Source of the DNA: an uncultured Gammaproteobacteria bacterium
GTDB taxonomy: Bacteria > Patescibacteriota > Patescibacteriia > Magasanikbacterales > GWA2-37-8
Reading direction: 5' to 3'
DNA length: 54,914 bases
NCBI GenBank assembly: GCA_964531745.1
Contig: CAZHFX010000001.1
Coordinates: 1-54,914 of the forward strand
Shown here piece by piece: positions 1 through 8,162 of the stretch. Below the pieces are notes generated by a model. That model was not told the origin of the DNA and ran no database searches. It saw only the letters and a list, made by a program, of their open reading frames with translations. Position 1 is the first letter of the stretch. Every line of letters begins with the position of its first letter. The position numbers and the translations under genes were made by a program.

Positions 1-1382
1 TCGCTAAACAAAAAGGCGGGAAATTTTTACTGCGTATTGAAGACACTGACCGCGAACGGTTTGTCGCGGACGGCACGCAGAACATTTTGAAATCGCTGTA
101 CTGGGCCGGGCTGGCGCCGGATGAAGGCGCGCTACTCGGAAAAGACGATGTCGTGACACAAAAAGGCAAACACGGGCCATATATCCAGTCCGAGCGATTG
201 GATATTTATAAAAAATACGCCGAGGAACTGCTCGCGGCCGGCCACGCCTACTATTGTTTTTGTACCTCCGGGCGTTTGGAACAACTCCGTGAAACTCAGC
301 AGAAAAACAAGCGTCCGACCGGCTATGACGGCGCGTGCGCCGCCCTAGATCCTTCCGCGGCCAAAAAACGGACCGAGGCGGGTGAAAAACATGTGATCCG
401 CCTAAAGATGCCGAAAGATGGCGAAACGCGCGCCCGCGACCTCATTCGGGGCGAGGTAGTGTTCAAGAATGAATTACAAGACGATTTTATCATGCTGAAG
501 TCAGATGGCTACCCGACATATCATTTGGCCTCGGTAGTAGATGATAATGCCATGGAAATTACCCATGTTATTCGCGGTGAAGAGTGGCTTTCCAGTTTGC
601 CCAAGCACATTCAGCTCTATCAAGCTTTCGGCTGGGGCGTGCCTCAATTTGCCCACCTGTCGCTTTTGTTGAATCCGGACAAATCCAAATTAAGCAAGCG
701 ACAAGGCGATGTGTCAGTGTCAGATTATCAGCAGAAGGGGTATTTGCCCGAGGCCATGATAAACTTTGTCGCTTTCCTTGGTTGGAACCCGGGGACAGAA
801 AAAGAGTTTTATTCACTTGATGAATTGGTCAAAGATTTTAGTCTGGAAAAAGTAAGCAAGGCCGGCGCGGTGTTTAATTTAGAAAAATTGGATTGGTATA
901 ATAAAGAATACCTTAAAAAATTATCTCTTGCTGAACTAGCTAAACGCGCTCTGCCGTGGTTTGGGCAAACTGACTGGTTTGAAAATGCTAAATGGCTGGA
1001 GAGCGTTCTGGCACTGGAGCGAGAACGAGTAACTATGTTGTCTGAATTGCCCGAAGCCGTTAAGTTTGTTTTTGAACTGCCGGAGTATGAAGTTAAATTA
1101 CTGGTCTGGCGCAAAGGCACCATGGAAGAAACTAAAAAAATTCTTCCCGAACTAAAAGATTATCTGACTGGTCTAAAAAAATGGGACAAGGCAAGCCTGG
1201 AAGCAAAAATAGGGGAGTGGATAGCTAAAAATGGTTTTTCCACCGGCGGTGTGCTTTGGCCTTTGCGCGTCGCCCTTTCTGGCCAGCAAAATTCGCCCGG
1301 CCCCTATGAAATTGCTGAAGTGTTGGGAAAAGAAGAATCCCTGAAACGTGTGGAGGGGGCTATCGCCAAGCTCAAAGCCTAG
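1..1382 (+). CDS. gltX: Glutamyl-tRNA synthetase, 5'-truncated by window edge
   Basis: The frame is open from nt 3 (AKQKGGKFLLRIEDTDRERF, class I GluRS core) and runs into ORF 87..1382. A KLSKR (KMSKS-type) loop is present. The N-terminus lies left of the window. Confidence 0.9.
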   Translation, partial: AKQKGGKFLLRIEDTDRERFVADGTQNILKSLYWAGLAPDEGALLGKDDVVTQKGKHGPYIQSERLDIYKKYAEELLAAGHAYYCFCTSGRLEQLRETQQKNKRPTGYDGACAALDPSAAKKRTEAGEKHVIRLKMPKDGETRARDLIRGEVVFKNELQDDFIMLKSDGYPTYHLASVVDDNAMEITHVIRGEEWLSSLPKHIQLYQAFGWGVPQFAHLSLLLNPDKSKLSKRQGDVSVSDYQQKGYLPEAMINFVAFLGWNPGTEKEFYSLDELVKDFSLEKVSKAGAVFNLEKLDWYNKEYLKKLSLAELAKRALPWFGQTDWFENAKWLESVLALERERVTMLSELPEAVKFVFELPEYEVKLLVWRKGTMEETKKILPELKDYLTGLKKWDKASLEAKIGEWIAKNGFSTGGVLWPLRVALSGQQNSPGPYEIAEVLGKEESLKRVEGAIAKLKA

Positions 1383-1399
1383 TTATCACTGCTCAAAAG

Positions 1400-1410
1400 T
1401 GTGGTATACT
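1400..1410 (+). promoter_or_regulatory. Extended -10 box (TGTGGTATACT) ending 6 nt before ATG 1417
   Basis: TG-n-TATACT read directly. The -35 (TTATCA) is weak. It overlaps the gltX stop. Confidence 0.4.
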
Positions 1411-1416
1411 ATCATC

Positions 1417-2652
1417 ATGTCGCGCCGAATTTTATTTAATCTTTTTTCTGCAATTTTAGTTTTTGGTCTCTTGTTCGGGGGCCGTAGTTTTGTTTGGGCG
1501 GAAGACGCTGGCGGCTCTAAAGAAGAGATTGACGCTCTTAACCAAGAAATTGCCAAGCGCAAAGACACGATTAAACAATTGGAGCGGACCATTGAGGTAT
1601 ATAAGAAAAATATTGTCCAAAAGCAAACAGAAGCTGTGTCGCTCAAAAATCAGTTGAGTATTTTGGATAACCATATCGCCCAAATTGAAACCAGCATTGC
1701 TCTCGCCAAGGAAAAAATTAAAGAAACCCAGCTGGAGATTGACGCCTTGAATTTTTCTATCGCCGACAAAGAAAAGATCATCAGCAAGCAAAAAAAAATT
1801 ATTGCCGCCATGGTGGAGCGCATTCAGGCGGGCGATCAAAAAAATTACATGGAGATTCTGTTGAGCTATGAAAATTTTTCCGATTTCTATAATGAGATAA
1901 AAAATACCGAGAACCTGTATATTGATCTCGGCCGGTCAGTGAAAACTCTTCGTTTGGCCAATGAAGAGCTGGCGGTGAAAAGGGGGCAGGTGGAAGGCAA
2001 GCGCACCGCTTATCAAGCTCTTCAAGCCGAATTGGAGGCTAAAAAAGAACAGCTGGTGGAGCAGGGCGGCATCAAACAGAAATTGCTGGTTGATACTAAA
2101 TACTCCGAAGCCAAATTCCAGACTTTACTTTCCAGTTTGAGGCGTCAGTATCAAGCCACAGAGAGCGAAGTCCGGACTTTTGAAGAAAAAGTCAGCAAAA
2201 GGTTGTCGGAAGAAAATAAAATTAATGAATCTGACGATGTGCTTATGAGCTGGCCCGTGCCGAGCCGTATTATCAATGCTACGTTTCACGACCTAGATTA
2301 CCCCTATCGCCGCGTATTTGAACACAGCGGAGTGGACATCAAAGCTCCGCAGGGCACGCCGGTGGAAGCCGCGGCCTCGGGTTACGTCGGCCGCGCCCGG
2401 CGCTGTACGCTGGCCTCGTGTTACAGTTACATTCTCTTGGTGCATACCGGCAACATTTCCTCGGTTTACGGCCATTTGAGCGGCATCAATGTCGCCGAAG
2501 ACGCTTTTGTTAATCGGGGAGATGTGATAGGGTATTCTGGCGGCACGCCGGGCACTGTCGGCGCCGGCCCCTTTGTTACTGGCCCGCATTTACATTTTGA
2601 GGCGCGGTTAAACGGCATCCCCGTTGACCCGCTGGGGTATTTAGTACAATGA
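1417..2652 (+). CDS. Secreted coiled-coil M23 peptidoglycan metalloendopeptidase (EnvC-like layout)
   Basis: Start moved to ATG 1417 (MSRRILFNLF..., signal peptide ending VWA). A long heptad-rich region precedes a C-terminal M23 domain with HSGVD (HxxxD) and HLH (HxH). Confidence 0.8.
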   Translation: MSRRILFNLFSAILVFGLLFGGRSFVWAEDAGGSKEEIDALNQEIAKRKDTIKQLERTIEVYKKNIVQKQTEAVSLKNQLSILDNHIAQIETSIALAKEKIKETQLEIDALNFSIADKEKIISKQKKIIAAMVERIQAGDQKNYMEILLSYENFSDFYNEIKNTENLYIDLGRSVKTLRLANEELAVKRGQVEGKRTAYQALQAELEAKKEQLVEQGGIKQKLLVDTKYSEAKFQTLLSSLRRQYQATESEVRTFEEKVSKRLSEENKINESDDVLMSWPVPSRIINATFHDLDYPYRRVFEHSGVDIKAPQGTPVEAAASGYVGRARRCTLASCYSYILLVHTGNISSVYGHLSGINVAEDAFVNRGDVIGYSGGTPGTVGAGPFVTGPHLHFEARLNGIPVDPLGYLVQ

Positions 2653-3635
2653 GTATGGCAAAAAAATTAAAAGTGGGCGTGCTGTACGGCGGCCCTTCCG
2701 CCGAGCGAGAAGTTTCTTTGGTTACCGGAAAAGCGGTGTTTGAAAATCTAGACCGGAAAAAATATGTTCCCGCGCTTATTGAAATGACCAAAGATAGCCG
2801 TTTTTTGATGCTCGGCAAAGATAAACGCTATTTGGATTTACAGAATAAAGACCGAAAGAAGTTTGACCTTATATTTATTGCTTTGCACGGCACCTTTGGC
2901 GAAGACGGTTGTGTGCAGGGCATGCTGGAGACTCTAGGCATTCCTTACACCGGCTCCGATACCTTGGCCAGCGCTTTGGCGATGAATAAAATTTTCGCCG
3001 GGCAAATTTATCGGGTCAACAATTTACCGCATCCGGAGTTTATTAATGTGAAGAGAGGCGGCTGGAAAAATTATTGCGATGTCGTTCTGCGCGACGCGGC
3101 CGAGAAAATTGGCTACCCCGCCGTCGTCAAACCGGCCGATCAGGGTTCAGCGGTTGGCGTATCCATTGTAAAAAACGAAGCCGAACTTACCGCCGCTTTA
3201 AGTAAAACTTTTAAAATCTTTCCGTGGCTAATGGTACAGAAATTTGTTAAAGGGAAAGAAGCCACTTGCGGCGTGTTAGAAAAAGATGGTGAAATTTTCC
3301 CTTTGCCGCCCACTCATATCAAAGCTAATCTCGGAACGTTTTATGATTATAAGTCAAAATATAAGCCGGGCGGTTCCACCCACATTTGTCCGGCCGATTT
3401 TCCGGCTGAAGTGAATAAAGAAATTCAGACGCTAGCCCTGAAGGCGCATAAGGCTTTGGGCTGTTCGGGTATGTCTCGCACCGATATATTTTATGGCGAT
3501 GACGGCCAGTTATGGCTGATTGAAACCAATACTATTCCCGGTATGACGTCCACCAGTTTGTTGCCTGAAGCGGTCGGTCAAGCGGGGATATCATTTTCAG
3601 CAATGTTAGACTTGATTATCAAAGCGTCTCTTTAG
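2649..3635 (+). CDS. ddl: D-alanine--D-alanine ligase
   Basis: ATP-grasp Ddl pattern: KVGVLYGGPSAEREVSL, HGTFGEDG, LIETNTIPGMT. The start overlaps the M23 stop (ATGA). Confidence 0.9.
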   Translation: MSMAKKLKVGVLYGGPSAEREVSLVTGKAVFENLDRKKYVPALIEMTKDSRFLMLGKDKRYLDLQNKDRKKFDLIFIALHGTFGEDGCVQGMLETLGIPYTGSDTLASALAMNKIFAGQIYRVNNLPHPEFINVKRGGWKNYCDVVLRDAAEKIGYPAVVKPADQGSAVGVSIVKNEAELTAALSKTFKIFPWLMVQKFVKGKEATCGVLEKDGEIFPLPPTHIKANLGTFYDYKSKYKPGGSTHICPADFPAEVNKEIQTLALKAHKALGCSGMSRTDIFYGDDGQLWLIETNTIPGMTSTSLLPEAVGQAGISFSAMLDLIIKASL

Positions 3636-3661
3636 TATAGAAATTTTCTATATTTGTTGTT

Positions 3662-4363
3662 ATGTTGCGCGCTTTGCGGCTTGATTTAAAGCGTTCTGCT
3701 AACCCGGCCAAGGCGAAAATCTTGTGCCGGTTTTTTAAGACGGGTCATGGCGAGTATGGAGCCGGGGATAAGTTTTTGGGCATCCCAGTGCCAGAGTCGC
3801 GGCAGATTGCCAAAAAATATCGCGCGCTTCCCTTGTCGGAGGTTGAACAACTTTTGTATTCAAAGATACATGAGGTGCGGCTGACCGCTCTTTTGATACT
3901 CGTAGAGCAGTTCAGAAACGGCGCGCCAGCGGAACAGAAAAAAATTTATGACTTTTATCTTAAAAATGCTCGGCAAGTTAATAATTGGGACCTGGTGGAT
4001 TTGACTGCGCCAAAAATTGTCGGCGCGCATTTACATTTGTTTAATGAAAATAAAAAAATACTTTCACAGCTCGCTCGTTCGCCAAATCTTTGGGAACGGC
4101 GCATCGCCATTGTCTCCACTCTTTTTAATATTCAACGGGGCGAATTGAAAACTTCCCTGAAAATCGCCAAACTTCTGCTTGGCGACCGGCACGATCTCAT
4201 TCACAAAGCTGTAGGCTGGATGTTGCGCGAAGCGGGCAAGCGGTCTTTAAGAGTGGAAGAGGAATTTTTACGTTTATACCACAAAATCATGCCGCGCGTG
4301 ATGTTGCGCTATGCTATTGAGCGTTTTCCAAAAGCAAAACGGCAAAAATACTTAGCCAAATAA
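3662..4363 (+). CDS. DNA alkylation repair protein (AlkD-like HEAT-repeat family)
   Basis: N-terminal NPAKAKILCRFFKTGHGEYGAGDKFLGIPVP and an all-helical repeat layout typical of the family. Recognised from memory. Confidence 0.7.
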   Translation: MLRALRLDLKRSANPAKAKILCRFFKTGHGEYGAGDKFLGIPVPESRQIAKKYRALPLSEVEQLLYSKIHEVRLTALLILVEQFRNGAPAEQKKIYDFYLKNARQVNNWDLVDLTAPKIVGAHLHLFNENKKILSQLARSPNLWERRIAIVSTLFNIQRGELKTSLKIAKLLLGDRHDLIHKAVGWMLREAGKRSLRVEEEFLRLYHKIMPRVMLRYAIERFPKAKRQKYLAK

Positions 4364-4705
4364 TTGTTTTTTGGGCGATGGAGCGCTATCCGGTTTATTC
4401 GCCGGAGCGATTATGGCGTGTATTCGTTCCGCTTCTTCTTCCACCAATTTTCCGTCATATTCACCCGCGTGGGCGGTGACGCCGGCGTATACCGGCGCGC
4501 GCTGGTCAAGGTGCAGGTTGAGTTGCCAAGCATCGCCTTGCTCCTCAAAATAGAGGTGATATCGCGGGTAGAGATCGCGGGTGAAGCGCCGCACATAGCT
4601 CGTTTCACCCTTCCGGCGGTTCACGATTTGGCCATACCCCGCGCGGCGAATAAAATGTTGCGGATCAGCAACGGCGATTTTGGATAGAATAATCCGCATA
4701 ATCAT
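4352..4705 (-). CDS. Hypothetical protein (117 aa)
   Basis: ORF only, with no motif recognised. It lies 17 nt downstream of the lipoprotein gene on the same strand. Its 3' end overlaps the alkD-like gene by 12 nt (convergent). Confidence 0.4.
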   Translation of the reverse strand: MIMRIILSKIAVADPQHFIRRAGYGQIVNRRKGETSYVRRFTRDLYPRYHLYFEEQGDAWQLNLHLDQRAPVYAGVTAHAGEYDGKLVEEEAERIHAIIAPANKPDSAPSPKKQLFG

Positions 4706-4721
4706 GTTTTTGTTAGTTGCT

Positions 4722-5267
4722 CTAGTTCGCGTTTAGCAAATAAATATATTGATCTTCTGTCATCGCCGAAAAGCTGATTCCTTGTTGTCCCGGTTCAAAG
4801 GTAAGCACCAAAATTTTAGAGCGTTTTTGGGCGATTATTTCTCCGTTTTTATCTTCGGCGGCAGCCGCGGGCCGCTGTATGTTAAGGATGTTGTAATTAG
4901 TCGCTCTGAAAGCTTCCACTATAGCATCCAACTGGCTGGTTTGTGTTGGTTCAGGGGTGCTATATAAAATTTCCATACTGCCCTTCGCGACGAAGTCAGT
5001 GTCCATTATGGTCTGGAGCTTCGCCCTGTTGCCGAACGCCGACAGAGCGATTTTTTTGGCATCAGCGACAATTTCCTGCTTTTCGCTGGCCGTTAGAGCG
5101 ATGTTAAAGTTTCCTTTTTGGTTAATAAGTTCGCCGCTCGTTTGTTCCGTTTCGCTCCCGTTTTTTTCTGCTGGTTGGTTATTATTTATCGTTCTAGTGG
5201 TACAGCCAAAACCAGCTATCATTAAAAGTCCGATGAACGATCCGACCGCCCAATATTTTTTGGACAT
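4722..5267 (-). CDS. Putative lipoprotein
   Basis: Signal peptide with a lipobox-like LMIAGFG-C. No catalytic motif recognised. Confidence 0.6.
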   Translation of the reverse strand: MSKKYWAVGSFIGLLMIAGFGCTTRTINNNQPAEKNGSETEQTSGELINQKGNFNIALTASEKQEIVADAKKIALSAFGNRAKLQTIMDTDFVAKGSMEILYSTPEPTQTSQLDAIVEAFRATNYNILNIQRPAAAAEDKNGEIIAQKRSKILVLTFEPGQQGISFSAMTEDQYIYLLNAN

Positions 5268-5375
5268 AGTAAATGTTATAAATTAAATATTATTCAAATT
5301 CGCATATCTAGTGTAGCATATGGTGGCGAATCCCACTAGACCATTTATTAATAACCTTGTAGACTGTATTTGTAG

Positions 5376-5915
5376 ATGACAAATTTTGAATATACCATTC
5401 GCCGCAGCACCCGCGCCAGGCATCTGCGCGTCACCGTCAATTGCGACGCGAGTGTTGTTGTTACGACCCCACTCAATTTTTCCGCTAACAAAGTGAAAAA
5501 ATTTTTATGTCAAAAAAGAGGCTGGATACTGGGAAAGGTGGCTTACTTCAAGCGGGCAGGGGAGGGGGTGCAGTTGCCGCGAGGGAAACGCAGTTATCAT
5601 AAACACAAACACCAAGCGCGGCAATTTGTTCACCAAAAAATCACCGAGCTGAACGTTCGCTACAATTTTTCCTTCCATCGCGTGGCGATAAAAAACCATT
5701 CCAGTCGGTGGGGGAGTTGCTCTAAGCAAAAAAATCTTAATTTTAACTACCGAATACTTTTTTTACCCCTGAAGCTGGCTGAGTATGTGGTCGTGCACGA
5801 GCTCTGTCATTTGGGTGAATTCAACCATTCTAAAAAGTTTTGGGCGCTGGTAGCGAGTGCTATTCCAGATTTCAAAGAACGCAGAAAAAAATTACGTTTA
5901 TTTAAATTTTTTTAA
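5376..5915 (+). CDS. YgjP/DUF45-type (M48-like) metal-dependent hydrolase
   Basis: HELCH (HExxH) close to the C-terminus, with size and layout of the YgjP family. Confidence 0.7.
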   Translation: MTNFEYTIRRSTRARHLRVTVNCDASVVVTTPLNFSANKVKKFLCQKRGWILGKVAYFKRAGEGVQLPRGKRSYHKHKHQARQFVHQKITELNVRYNFSFHRVAIKNHSSRWGSCSKQKNLNFNYRILFLPLKLAEYVVVHELCHLGEFNHSKKFWALVASAIPDFKERRKKLRLFKFF

Positions 5916-5922
5916 TATGCCT

Positions 5923-6891
5923 TTATTTCTTGTTTCCACGATGAAATTTCGCGTGGATATCGCGCAGTTTTTTGTTGGTCACATGGGTGTAAATCTGCGT
6001 GGTGACAATGTTTTTATGTCCTAAAAGCTCCTGTACCGAGCGCATATCCGCTCCTTGGTCCAACAGGTCGGTGGCAAAACTGTGGCGAAGTGTATGCGGC
6101 GTAGCGTCTACCGGCAAGCCAGCCATAACCGCGTATTTGCGCACCAGGCGCTCAATAGAGCGGGGAGTGAGGCGGTGCTCCGAGTCGCTGTCGTCGTGTT
6201 TGTAGTTGGTGAAAAGGGGAATGAGCATGTCTTTTGCCCGAGTTTTGAGGTATTCGGCTAGCCACGTCATGGCCCGAGTGGAAAAGTAGACGGTGCGGGC
6301 GCTGCCACCTTTCCCGGTGATGCTTATTTCCAGGTCCGTTAATTTTTTGGCCAAAATGTTTTTAACATCAAAAGACCGTATATTAAGCGACGTTAGCTCC
6401 GAAACACGCATGCCGGTGGAGAAGAGGATTTCCAAAATGGCCCGATCGCGCAGCCCCGCTTCGTTAGCCATATCTGGCATAGTAAAGAGTTTCTCCACCT
6501 GGTCGTAGGACAAAAATTTTATAGCTTTGTCCTTGTCTGTTAATTTTGATAGTTTTATTTTTTCAGCCGGCAGACTCTGAATGTCACGCTCAGAGAAGTA
6601 GGCCAAAAGGTTGCGAAGCGCTATTAGGTAATAATTTTGAGTAGTCTTCTTGATATATTGGCCCCGTTTGTCCTTGTGGCGTGAAAGATGCAACCGATAG
6701 TTCCAAACGTGCTCTGGCGTGAGCTCATGAGGCCTCAAGGCCTCCAGATGGCTATCCTTGAGCCAATTGGTGAAGGTGCGCAGGAAATTGTCATAATTTC
6801 TAGTGGAAACAGGGGAAAGACCTTTTTCCACCTCGCAATAGTCCAGGAAGGAAGGTATCTGCTTGGCAATAGGCGTAGATGATCTCGGCAT
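5923..6891 (-). CDS. Tyrosine site-specific recombinase, XerC/XerD-like
   Basis: Catalytic set present: GMRVSEL (Arg), HTLRHSFAT (H-x-x-R), LGHKNIVTTQIYTHV (His, Tyr). Length is about 320 aa. Confidence 0.85.
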   Translation of the reverse strand: MPRSSTPIAKQIPSFLDYCEVEKGLSPVSTRNYDNFLRTFTNWLKDSHLEALRPHELTPEHVWNYRLHLSRHKDKRGQYIKKTTQNYYLIALRNLLAYFSERDIQSLPAEKIKLSKLTDKDKAIKFLSYDQVEKLFTMPDMANEAGLRDRAILEILFSTGMRVSELTSLNIRSFDVKNILAKKLTDLEISITGKGGSARTVYFSTRAMTWLAEYLKTRAKDMLIPLFTNYKHDDSDSEHRLTPRSIERLVRKYAVMAGLPVDATPHTLRHSFATDLLDQGADMRSVQELLGHKNIVTTQIYTHVTNKKLRDIHAKFHRGNKK

Positions 6892-6939
6892 AGTATCTAT
6901 ACGATATCATAAAATCACCATGAACCCTAGTCGCCGTAT

Positions 6940-6980
6940 AAAAACAAAAATCCTCATGACCAGGAAAACCAGTAATGAGG
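6940..6980 (-). terminator. Intrinsic terminator (CCUCAU...AUGAGG stem followed by AUUUUUGUUUUU)
   Basis: Minus-strand read: a 6-bp stem that can extend by 5 further pairs inside the loop, followed by a U-run. Confidence 0.6.
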
Positions 6981-7003
6981 GTATGTTGTACCTCTTGAGA
7001 GGT
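6940..7003 (-). ncRNA. Candidate ~64-nt small RNA or xer leader/attenuator
   Basis: Bounded by the promoter at 7010-7038 and the terminator at 6940-6980. Contains the 5' hairpin UACCUC-UCAA-GAGGUA (6989-7004). No family recognised. Confidence 0.35.
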
Positions 7004-7009
7004 AAAGGC

Positions 7010-7038
7010 ACTATACCACGAGCCATTTTTATTTTCAA
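7010..7038 (-). promoter_or_regulatory. Sigma-70-type promoter TTGAAA-17-TGgTATAGT
   Basis: Minus-strand read TTGAAAATAAAAATGGCTCGTGGTATAGT. The 17-nt spacer carries an extended TG. Confidence 0.55.
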
Positions 7039-7134
7039 TAAGCCGTCCCCTCTCGTCCAGTATACGTCGCTTAATCTATGTTATACGACATTAAGTATTT
7101 TTTCAATACGCTCTCCCGCCACCGCCCCCCCGTC

Positions 7135-8160
7135 TTACTTCCAGTATATCCGCTCTCCAAAACGCACATCCACATATTGGAGCGGCTGGTTGTCGCGCAA
7201 AACGATTTTAAGATTTTTTAGCTGTGTTTGAATTAAATCGGTGGGTTGAAACATAATTTTCCACGGCTGGTCAGTTACCGCTGTCGCTCCGGCCGCCGGG
7301 TCGCCAATCACCATATATTTTATTGCGGCGATTTTCACTTGCTCTAGATTGTTGAAAAAATCTAAAATCCCTTGTATCACTGCCGGATCGAGCAATCCTC
7401 CCGGCCGCTCTGTCACGGTGATATTTCTGGTGTCATAAATAAGCGGAAGTTTACCGTATTCTTGTTGAATTTTTTTAAAATCCGGAATATGGATTGACGT
7501 TTTTGCCGTACTTGAAGCAAACAAAGTGCTGGAAGCGGTAATTTTAGTACCCAAAATAGCGGATTGGCTGGAGCTTGACATCGTCCCAACTAGCTCAAAT
7601 TCGGTTGAGGTCACGGCACGCAAATACTGTATGACAGTGCCGTTTTGGTCAATGAGCCAATACCCCGAACCGTTATCATAAATAGCCGAGGAAACCCTCT
7701 CTTCTAAATTGATTGTGAGAATATGAGGGAAAACTTTGGCCACCCGGATAGTATTAAGCGCGAATTTATTTTGTAAAACCTCCGCTACCGCTGTTTCTCG
7801 AATTAGGAAATAATTATTTTTTGGCCAAAAACGGCCGGCGGGTAGGAACTGATTTTTGATAAAAAAATTAATCTCTTCTGGCTTGATAATTTTGAGTCCG
7901 CTTACCGCCAATTCCGTAACGCGAAAATATGGCGAATAGAGCATCAATGCCAGCCACACAAATATTAAGCTTAAAAGAGCGGCTGGCGCTAGATGGGTTA
8001 AACGCTTTTTTTTCTTGAGTTTAAACGGATTAGCGTATCGGTCGCGCGTTTCTTCCCGCTCAATGCTCAAACGTCGTCGTTTATTTTTCTTAAAAAAAGA
8101 CAGCCGGCTTTTTTTAGGCTGATGCTGGCGGAAACTGTAGGAAGATTGAACGTAACGCAT
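7135..8160 (-). CDS. ftsQ: Cell division protein FtsQ-like (POTRA domain)
   Basis: Basic N-tail, a single TM (LAPAALLSLIFVWLALMLY), then POTRA-like FRVTELAVSGLKII. It follows alr directly. Confidence 0.7.
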   Translation of the reverse strand: MRYVQSSYSFRQHQPKKSRLSFFKKNKRRRLSIEREETRDRYANPFKLKKKKRLTHLAPAALLSLIFVWLALMLYSPYFRVTELAVSGLKIIKPEEINFFIKNQFLPAGRFWPKNNYFLIRETAVAEVLQNKFALNTIRVAKVFPHILTINLEERVSSAIYDNGSGYWLIDQNGTVIQYLRAVTSTEFELVGTMSSSSQSAILGTKITASSTLFASSTAKTSIHIPDFKKIQQEYGKLPLIYDTRNITVTERPGGLLDPAVIQGILDFFNNLEQVKIAAIKYMVIGDPAAGATAVTDQPWKIMFQPTDLIQTQLKNLKIVLRDNQPLQYVDVRFGERIYWK

Positions 8161-8162
8161 AG

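Noticed and set aside
3636-3652. A 17-nt perfect palindrome, TATAGAAA-T-TTTCTATA, between the ddl stop and the alkD-like start.
   Set aside because: The stem is A/T-rich (a single G-C pair per arm) and only 8 bp, so it is too weak to call a terminator. It overlaps candidate -10 hexamers (TAGTAT, TATATT), so the symmetry may be incidental to promoter-like AT-rich sequence.
5923-6891. The tyrosine recombinase as the integrase of a prophage or integrative element.
   Set aside because: Its size and motifs fit XerC/XerD rather than phage integrases. There is no adjacent tRNA, att-like flanking repeats, excisionase or phage/conjugation genes, and neighbouring composition is ordinary.
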